64,000 nucleotides of DNA from Octopus vulgaris (taxonomy: Eukaryota). Of this stretch, positions 54,483-64,000 are shown in pieces (within the stretch, counting starts at the first letter, position 1; every line of letters begins with the position of its first letter). The DNA lies in the NCBI GenBank assembly GCA_951406725.2, contig OX597828.1, positions 10,478,001 through 10,542,000 of the forward strand. The letters are read 5' to 3'. The notes under the pieces were generated by a model. The model saw only the letters and a program-made list of their open reading frames with translations, did no database searches and was not told the origin of the DNA. A program made the position numbers and the translations under genes.

Positions 54483-56182
54483 TGTATGTATGTATGTATG
54501 TATGTATGTATGTATATTATATGGTATTGCTTCAACGAGTAGAAAAGCACTCGGTCAGTTAGAGTGTACAGATACAATGCGAATGCCATGACGTTGATTA
54601 TATATTTCGACAATATATCTAATGGATAAAATCTGCTCCGTTTTTGCAACCTTTGTGCTTTTCGAAAATTCCAATTAATTGATTTTCTTAGTTTTATCTA
54701 CGTTGATTCAGTTTTCTTTTCTTTCTTTTTTTTTTTCGTACATGTTAAACATCTCCCTTGAAGAACTATTTGTCAACTCATTGCATGGATAGACATAATT
54801 AATCGAAAATTTTCTTTAGATTGAATTAGACTTGTGAGGCCCTACTGCAGAGCTATTTTAAACTGGTGAATGATTTTGAACAAAATACTCATACATAGTG
54901 ATAATTCATACTGTATGACAAACCCCCAAAAGTTTTTGATCCGAGAATTGATGAAATATTTTTAACATATTTAATTACTGTCAAATTTATGATTTATGTT
55001 TATAGTTTTGCACATAACCCAGCACACGGACATCTCATAATCATATACACTGATATAACACACAGCCACTAAAATATATATGGGAAATTGTAATTGGTTA
55101 GATCAAATACACACTTCACTGGAATTTTTTGTTATATCTGTATGTGTAGATAATACTTTATTTTCGTAAAAGAAATATGTATTAGGATTTTTCGATTCCA
55201 AATCAAATGTATACAAAAGAGTCTGGTTGCTTTTAAATATAGAATTTTCAAGACGACTTGATTCAATTGTATGTGGCTACTTTGATCGTAGAATTCGATT
55301 TGCATTGCTGTGGTGGTTATTGTTGCATTTCGTAAATTAAGAATTGTATTATATCCAAGCTATATATTGTTACAGCCTGCTATGTATAGTCAAGTAATGC
55401 TTACTCAAACACAAACACATAAAATTATTGGTAAATTACTCAAACAATATCCGATAATATTTCATGCAAAAATCAACTTATGGCATACAGTAAAATTGTG
55501 AGTCGGTAATATAACTGGAACGTGCTTAGAGTGAACATATAATTCAGCTTCAATTTTGGCAGAAAGTTGCTTTGCATAGAATTCTTTATATTTTAGTCAT
55601 GCTATATTATGTTTTGAACGATATTTTTTTGTCTATTTGGGTCAACAATATAAATACTAAAGACCACAGTCACAAGTTCTCACGTTTGTAAGGGAATGGT
55701 TGTAGTTAAATTCGTGTACTAACACCGTCGTTTAAGCGTCGTCACAACTGATCGGGTGAAGCTAAATGCTATGCAGCGAGATAGAATCGGTTATTGTTCG
55801 CTTCATTCGATGCAAAAAGTTAACGTGACATGAAAAGCTTTGCTGATGCAAATGTTCAGCATCAGAACGAAGAACATCGCTTATCAGTGCAGATCTTAAT
55901 CTCATGAAATAAAAATACTGCTATTGAGCATTTAACTAAATTGGTACTCATTCATGTTGAATTTGTGACGCATTAAAAATTGAGAAACACGGGAGTAAGT
56001 GACAGAATCATGTAAAATAACAATCTTTCAAAGCAAAGATACCGAAAGGCGAAAATTTTGTTTATTCTTGTTAATTACAATTCTGAAAGACAAAATTCTG
56101 AATAACCTTGCTTTTTAAGACGCGCACATTCTAAGAGTTAGTTACGAATCTTTTAATTTATAGAGTTACTCTTTTTTTTTAA

Positions 56183-56582
56183 TCTTTTACTTGTTTCATT
56201 CATTTGACTGTGGCCATGCTGGAGTACCGCCTTTAGTCGAGCAAATCGACCCTAGGATTTATTCTTTGTAATCCTAGTACTTATTTTATCGGCCTCTTTT
56301 GCCGAACCGCTAATCTACAGGGACGTAAACAAACCAGCATCGGTTGTCAAGCGATGTTGGGAGGAGGATACAAACACAGACACACAAACATATGCACACA
56401 CACACACACATATATATATATGCATATATACGACGGGCTTCTTTCAGTTTCCGGCTACCAAATCCACTCACAAGGCTTTGGTCGGCCCGAGGCTATAGTA
56501 GAAGACACTTGCCCAAGGTGTCACGCAGCAGGACTGAACTCGGAACCATGTGGTTCGTAACCAAGCTACTTACCACACAGCC
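56183..56582 (-). mobile_element. SINE type B
   Basis: Reverse complement of 37270-37692. Confidence 0.9.
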
Positions 56583-57229
56583 AGAACTCTTAGCAGAGGA
56601 TAGCTAGAGACCGATTAATAGCCACTGATCCAGGTATTCTAGATTGCATAAATGGATATGAGAAAGCATTTAGTCTTCAGAATTGCATTGATATACAGTA
56701 GATTGTCAAGGACTCGCAATCTCACTTGTCTATCTAAGAAATAACGAATAAGAAATTATGATCAAAAGGATATTCTAGGGAACGAGAAAATGCTTTGCAG
56801 CACGCCTGTTTTATGATTGCAAAGAAAAAAAACAAAACAAAACAAATTCGAGTGATAGCTTAAGAAATTAGTTAAACTAGTGATAAAGATCATCACCTGC
56901 AGTCTGGCATGTGAAGTTCATAAATTATATATGGAAACACACACACACGCACACTGTATGAAAATAACACTAATTTTATACTGTACTACTGGACATTTTG
57001 TAGACATTTATATCCATACACACACACATATAAATCTATCTATCTATCTATATATATATATATATAGTGGTCGTATACCGTCAACTCAATGTGACAGTCC
57101 CGTAAAGGAATTACACCACCGCCATTTAGCCCTAGGGAACGTCGACGTCTCCTCTCGGCTTTGACACATTTTCTGCGTCCTTATATTTGCAAAGGGGAGG
57201 CAATCACCCCCGCAAGCCAGGACAAGGCA

Positions 57230-57275
57230 CCTGAAGACATATGTTTCTGAGTGTATTGCTCATCGTCAGTTAAGG
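57230..57275 (-). ncRNA. Minimal type-I hammerhead ribozyme
   Basis: CCUUAA-CUGACGA-UGAG caauaca CUCA-GAAA-CAUAUG-UC-UUCAGG. It has a perfect core, a 4-bp helix II, the palindrome ACAUAUGU, a GUC triplet and a helix I with 5/6 pairs. Confidence 0.8.
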
Positions 57276-57475
57276 GTAGCCAACCTCGCTCGCTGAGATG
57301 ACCGCAACCTCTCTGCAAATATATCATATTATCAGTAAAATTTATTTACTGTTCACCGAAATTAGAAATATTGAATTTCTAAATGTCTCATAGAGACATA
57401 AGCGGTGGTGGAGCGATATAGTGGTCGTATACTGTCAACTCAATGTGACAGATAAAAAAAAATATATAACGATGA

Positions 57476-57598
57476 CTAATTCCTCAAAGCTTGTAATCTT
57501 CGAGTAAGGTCATCTTCTTTAACAGAATCTGCAGTAACTGTTGATCTAATGGAGCCTGAAGCAGGGTTCAGATCTTTGAGCTGGTCTATCATCTCCAG
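57476..57598 (-). pseudogene. CHMP1A: Captured fragment of a CHMP1A-like (ESCRT-III, Did2/Vps46) mRNA: last 40 codons plus stop
   Basis: Translates to LEMIDQLKDLNPASGSIRSTVTADSVKEDDLTRRLQALRN*. Compare the recalled human CHMP1A end GLEVLDQLSQLP...EDQLSRRLAALRN*. The MIM1 motif D/ExxLxxRLxxLR is intact. There is no splice acceptor upstream. Confidence 0.8.
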
Positions 57599-57835
57599 GA
57601 ATTACACCACCGCCATTTAGCCTCTGCCTTGCAAATATAAGGACACAGAAAATGTGTCAAAGCCGACAGGAGATGTCGATGTTTCCTAGGGCTAAATGGC
57701 GGTGGTGTAATTCCTTTACGGGTCTGTCACATTGAGTTGACGGTATACGACCACTATATCGCTTCACCGCCGCTTATTTCTCTCTGGGATATTTAGAAAT
57801 TCAATATTTCTAATATATATATATATATATATACA

Positions 57836-57923
<88 letters not shown>

Positions 57924-58233
57924 CACCTTACATATACATATATATATATATGCAAACATCTTTTCATTTGTCTTGCTAGCTTACGTTCTGGCGTATGCTG
58001 AATTTTCTTGAGAACAATATTTTCTTAGTTGTGAGACCATATGTTGTCTATATCAAGCATATTGGATGTCCCGTTAGAGGTCATCCCACTTATATGTATG
58101 CAATATAATTTTTCTGAATCTTCAGATTTTCTCAGTCTACTAGGCCACTGATTTGAAATTTATATTAATCAAATTAATATTCAATTTTTCATCCCTATTA
58201 TTTAAATTTATATATACACATTAACATATATTT

Positions 58234-58397
58234 AGGCGCAGGAGTGGCTGTGTGGTAAGTAGCTTGCTTACCAACCACATGGTCCCGGGTTCAGTCCCTC
58301 TGCATGGCATCTTGGGCAAGTGTCTTCTGCTATAGCCTCGGGTCGACCAATGCCTTGTGAGTGGATTTGGTAGATGGAAACTGAAAGAAGCTTGTCG

Positions 58398-58428
<31 letters not shown>

Positions 58429-58637
58429 GTGTGTTTATGTTTATGTGTCTGTGTTTGGCCCCCCACCATCGCTTGACGACCGACGCTGGTGTGTTTACGT
58501 CCCCGTCACTTAGCGGATCGGTAAAAAGCGACCGATAGAATAAGTCCCGGGGTATATTTGCTCGACTAAAGGTGATGCTCCAGCATGGCCGCAGTCAAAT
58601 GACTGAAACAAGTAAAAGAGAGAGAGAGTAAAGAGAG
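58234..58637 (+). mobile_element. SINE type B, full length
   Basis: As 37270-37692. Confidence 0.9.
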
Positions 58638-59182
58638 TATATATATGTCACCAAAGTGACAAAGTGCAGTAATCAACTCCACTTGTCAGTTTATATGGTT
58701 TCCATTCAAATCATCTCATGAAAGGTAAAGTGGAAATTATTAAAAATATCTGTGGCTAATTCACAATTTTACAACCTAAATATATACGTCACTAAAATAT
58801 CAGTATCAGTATTGCTAGAAATAACAGTCAAAACAGCGCAATAGTCACATTGCAGCACGTTCTTAATGACTGACGAGGGAGGAAAGCTCCCTACGGCAGC
58901 AGATATAGCCAGAACATCTAGTATTTCAAAGTTTGATGCATAATGCATATTAATGCTCGTCGATAGCTCTCACCGCGCCTTGAGTTAAACTCAGTTGGCC
59001 TTGTCAGCTTATAAGATTTCTGTTGAAATTATACGCTGATTTCATAAAAGTGAAAATTATAAATTCTTCATCAGTTATCGAGTAATTGGTAATGTTCAGT
59101 TTCGCACCTTTAACGATCAGACTGAGTGATTTCTAATTAGCGGTGTCCGCAAAAATAGTTTGTTTTTATTCTAATTTGCAAT

Positions 59183-59395
59183 CCTTTCTAATAAAAGCAC
59201 AAGGCGCGAAATTCTGGGGAGAGGAAAGGTCGATTTCATCGACCACAGTGCTTCACTGGTACTTAATTTATTGACCCCAAAAAGATGAAAGGTAAAGTCG
59301 ACCTCGGCGGAGTTCGAACTCAGAAAGTAAGAACGGAAGAAATACAGCTAAGCATTACTGCCCTTTGTGCAAACGTTTCTGTCAGCACATTGCCT
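59183..59395 (-). mobile_element. SINE type A (ATT-tailed variant)
   Basis: atcctttcta...gcacaagg...gatgaaaggtaaagtcgacctcggcgg...gaactcagaa. Confidence 0.8.
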
Positions 59396-60096
59396 TATTC
59401 TTAGGTATAATAAAAACAATTTTACATTAACATGAAATGCCACAAAACATTTTTGTTGAGTACAGATTTATTATCCATAAACAAGAATGTTGTTGATTGT
59501 GAGTTCGAAGTTTCGGCCAGCTAAACCATCGTCGAGTCCGATGAAGGCTTAGTTAGTTAAATCTTCCGAGTCACTGTCAATATTATTCTTGTTTGAGTCA
59601 ATGAAAATATACATAAATAGGTATCAAATACATGTGTGTGCACTCGCGTGCGTGTCTGTGTGTGTCTGTGCATATATTGTTATGTATACGTGTGCATGTC
59701 TCCATCTGTGTATAGAGATACAGAGAAGGCAGGAGAAAGAGAGAGAATATCATAGCAAACATTTTGCACAATTCTTTACTCCATTCCGAAAACAAAACTT
59801 AAGAAGCAGTGACGCTTACACGCTCCTATATAGAACGTCTTCATACGCTGACATACGTGTGTAAAAGTCTGCGAAAGTATGCGAGAGTGTATGTGCGTGC
59901 AGTTTGGAGTGAATTTTCTAATTCTATATTCAACACAATTTCCCACGTTTCCTTATCGAATACTAATTTAATAAAATTCAGCATCATAATGATCATCACG
60001 ATTGTGAAAATATTTCATAATCACTCAGACAAGCCCACGTGCATTTTCAGCTTCTGTCGCTGTCTTCGGGGTTGTATATTTTGTCTGTCTGTTCAA

Positions 60097-60202
<106 letters not shown>

Positions 60203-60252
60203 ATCTATCTACCTATCTATCAGTCTATCTAAGTATCTATCTTGTACGCATT

Positions 60253-60323
<71 letters not shown>

Positions 60324-62261
60324 GTAGACGCATATGAATGTGTCTATATATGAATATATATGTACGTAATGATATACATATATATACGTAGTTACATACA
60401 TATATACGTACATGCATAACAGCGTACGCACATACGGACATACGTAAGTATATACATATACACGAGGCCGTTTGTCCTCCGTAAATTCGGAATGGAATTA
60501 CACACATTTCCCCGTAATATACGCAAACAAAGGAAGACATATTTCGATGTAATTATATCAACTATAAAATATCATATTTATTAGATTCTACGAACTAATT
60601 TAAATATAATTCAATTGCAGCATTTGTGAAAAAATTGGTATGTCGTAATTGTTGATTATTTTTCCAGTATATTCAGAACTTTAATTATTTTTATATTAGT
60701 TATTTAATAAATATGGTCACTGAACTTATTAGTGGATGTGAAATGAGCAATTTTTTATGGAGAGGCGGTAGAGCCACAAACATATAAATTGGTGACAATT
60801 GAAGGTTGAACACTAGTCGTGATCTACTTCGGTTTAAGTAATATTGTTGACACTATGATTACACCACGATTTATGAAGATGCAATGTTTTTTTTTATATT
60901 ACACACTGTGGAAATTTGCAATGGAGCTTTGCAGTTGTAATATACATTTGAGGAGAATGTTATAATAGACATCGAAGACAAATCGACGATAGAAGATCTG
61001 CAATTGACTAAATGTAAAATGCATTTTAGTCGTGTTTATATGCCAAAATCTTACCCTCATCCAAGCTATAATGCACCACAAAACAACATACTTGAAATTC
61101 AGTTAGAAAGAAGCAACTTGAAGTCTCAATTCGTCTGAAGACATATTTGGACTGTAGATTTTTTGGACAATCTGGGTTCTTGTTATGGAGTAATCGCTTT
61201 CTGTGAGTGGTCTTTGAATATGCTATAGTTTTCATGCACAGGGCAAGCAAATGCAATTATCAACAACAAAACTAATGGGCAACGTAGTAACTGCCATAAT
61301 TCAATTGTGTACCATTCGGAAAGATCTGAGATGAAGCTAAATGACGTATTTCTTAGACGCTCTGTCCAACAAGATTCTTGTTTAAGATACTTGGGTTGAG
61401 AAAATTTCGAGGAATTATAGGTAGAGAATAAATCCGATTAGTGAAATTATCTGAAATTTTGAAATATAAAATGAAATCTTATGCTGCTGCTTTATCTATT
61501 ACAAATACCAGCGTATTTCTCATCAATATACCTTGATGTTTTAGTCAAGAAAATAAGGTTTCGAATGATATCGTCAGAGATATGTAACACACCAGAGTGC
61601 ATGAGCAAAGTTGATTGCTCAGCTAAGTTTCACCTGTCATTAAGCAATAGCAATAAGTACTACCAACTCGGGGGAACACAAGTGAACCCTTCCTGTCAAT
61701 CGATAAATTAGAGTTGAACAATAAAAAGTTGACCACGTCAGGTGGTTGTGTTCTTAATAGTATCTAGTTGATTGTGGTTGACTTTTTCAGTTCACCACAG
61801 CCGGCAGCTACAATATGTAACCAATAATGAGGTACTGGTTTAAAGAGGAAAACTGGTGGTTATTGCATGTAAGCAGAAGGAAAAAATTGTATGAAAATGT
61901 TATTAAAATGTTCTGTCTAGTAACAATACGTATAAATATTGGCTTCAATTTTCGAACAAAGCCAGCAATTTCGGAGAATATATCGCCCACACGCATGTGT
62001 GTGCGTATATATATATATATACACACGCATACACACATATACACAAACATATATATATATATATACACACACACATATATATATACATATATTTATACAT
62101 TTGTTTATATATTTATTCATTCAATTATTTATTTATTTATTTATTCATACAAGGTTGTATTTACATTCTCAATATAAGAAGGCAAGTTTTCCAAATGCAT
62201 AAACAATGACATAAGTACTACAAAGAAATCATTTTTGTTAACACGCGGTAACTATTATCAC

Positions 62262-62327
<66 letters not shown>

Positions 62328-62909
62328 GTTTATTACTGTAAATAGTAGTTCAGCAACCATACTGAGAAAATATCACACAAATAAAAATAGTTGGCTAACG
62401 AATAACTCCGATACGTGCTGTATCCTACTTATCGTTGCTTGTTAGTGAACCTTAAATGTTCTCAACATAAAAGCAAAGAGCACATTGAGCGAACAAAACA
62501 GCGCACATCTGCCAAGCATTTGATAATTTTCCAGATAATGGACATAATAACTTCTCACTTTGACAAAAACTATCATTGTCCTTACACAAACATTATACTA
62601 GTGTATTATGCGTTAGCTTTCATACTTGCCAACAAATGTTTTTGCTGAGTAGATGATAGTATATTCTTAAGTATCAACATGTTCCAAATAATTTTTTTCT
62701 TCCTGACAAATTGCAATACTTGCGACATGCTATTCGCAATATGTCTTTGTGTGACTCTGGTTCTTTATGCACTTATATTTTTTTCTTCGTATGCTTAACG
62801 AAAATTGTGTATTTTATCAATTGTAACGGAAGAGTTGTATATAAGGTATATAGACTATAATCTATAATGCATGTGCGTATATAAATATATATAAGTACAT
62901 ATATATATA

Positions 62910-62955
<46 letters not shown>

Positions 62956-62956
62956 T

Positions 62957-63011
<55 letters not shown>

Positions 63012-63148
63012 TATGTACTATATGCTATATAATTTATAATACAACTCTTCCATAAATTTAAATAGATAGAATATATAATTTCGTTAAGCATATATATATA
63101 TATGTATATATATATACATGCATGCGTACACACATACACACACGAGTT

Positions 63149-63535
63149 TGCTGTGTAGTAAGTAGCTTACTTGCCAACCACATGGTTCTGGGTTCAGTAC
63201 CACTGCGTGGCACCTTGGAGCAAGTGGGTTCTACTATAGCCTCGGGCCGACCAAAGCCTTGTGAGTGGATTTGGAAGATGGAAACTGAAAGAAGTCCGTC
63301 GTATATATGTATGTGTGTGTATATGAGTGTATGTCTGCGTTTTTCCGCCTCCACCATCGCATAACAACCGATGCTGATGTGTTTACATCCCCATAACTGT
63401 GACCGATAGAATAAGTACTAGGCTTACAAAGGATAAGTCATGGGATAGACTCGCTCGACTAAAGGCAGTGCTCCAGAATGATCTCAGTCAAATGACTGAA
63501 ACAAGTGAGATGGAGTAAAAGAGAATAAAAAGAGT
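63149..63535 (+). mobile_element. SINE type B
   Basis: gctgtgtagtaagtagcttacttgccaaccacatggttctgggttcagtacc...cagtcaaatgactgaaacaag. Confidence 0.85.
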
Positions 63536-63542
63536 GTAAAAA

Positions 63543-63583
<41 letters not shown>

Positions 63584-63593
63584 CATACATACA

Positions 63594-63940
<347 letters not shown>

Positions 63941-64000
63941 TAACAATTGTCCTTCGTCACGATCTTAACTTTAAAAAAATGTAGGAGATTGAAAACGCGA

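Larger units (their letters stand above)
57063..57814 (-). mobile_element. Hammerhead-bearing Penelope-type terminal repeat or retrozyme-like unit: partial tandem plus inverted copy, in (TA)n
   Basis: The unit starting tatagtggtcgtata recurs 354 bp later (57063 and 57417). 57629-57814 is an inverted copy. It contains an HHR and a foreign insert. Confidence 0.75.

Noticed and set aside
57476-57598. CHMP1A segment as a genuine terminal exon
   Set aside because: No polypyrimidine/YAG acceptor upstream on the minus strand, both flanks are contiguous repeat sequence, and I recognised no other CHMP1A exons in the window.
58870-58895. CUGACGA followed by a GGGAG/CUCCC hairpin
   Set aside because: No GAAA after helix II, so it is not a hammerhead.
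61555-61580. Minus-strand CUGACGA...GAAAC
   Set aside because: Helix II and helix I cannot pair.

Overview
AT-rich, microsatellite-saturated eukaryotic DNA. It is probably intergenic or intronic sequence from a coleoid cephalopod (Octopus-like); this is inferred from recalled SINE families and repeat landscape, not from a database search. I found no intact host protein-coding gene, and almost all entries in the ORF track are microsatellite translation artefacts. The window holds about 30 tRNA-derived SINE copies of five types (labelled A-E here) and one young 5'-truncated CR1-group LINE with an open RT frame (40747-42750, minus). It also holds decayed CR1, RTE, R4/Dong and Penelope fragments, a mellifera-like mariner, a Tigger relic, a non-autonomous Helitron and a GG-ended MITE with an 8-bp TSD. 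The most notable signals are: (1) several type-I hammerhead ribozyme motifs in Penelope-like repeats; (2) a 354-bp hammerhead-bearing repeat at 57.06-57.81 kb that has captured the stop-containing C-terminal 40 codons of an ESCRT-III CHMP1A-like mRNA; (3) a 310-bp near-perfect palindrome; (4) a SINE/LINE pair sharing a 3' stem-loop with compensatory changes; (5) SINE multimers joined at a recurring internal site. Boundaries of decayed elements are approximate.
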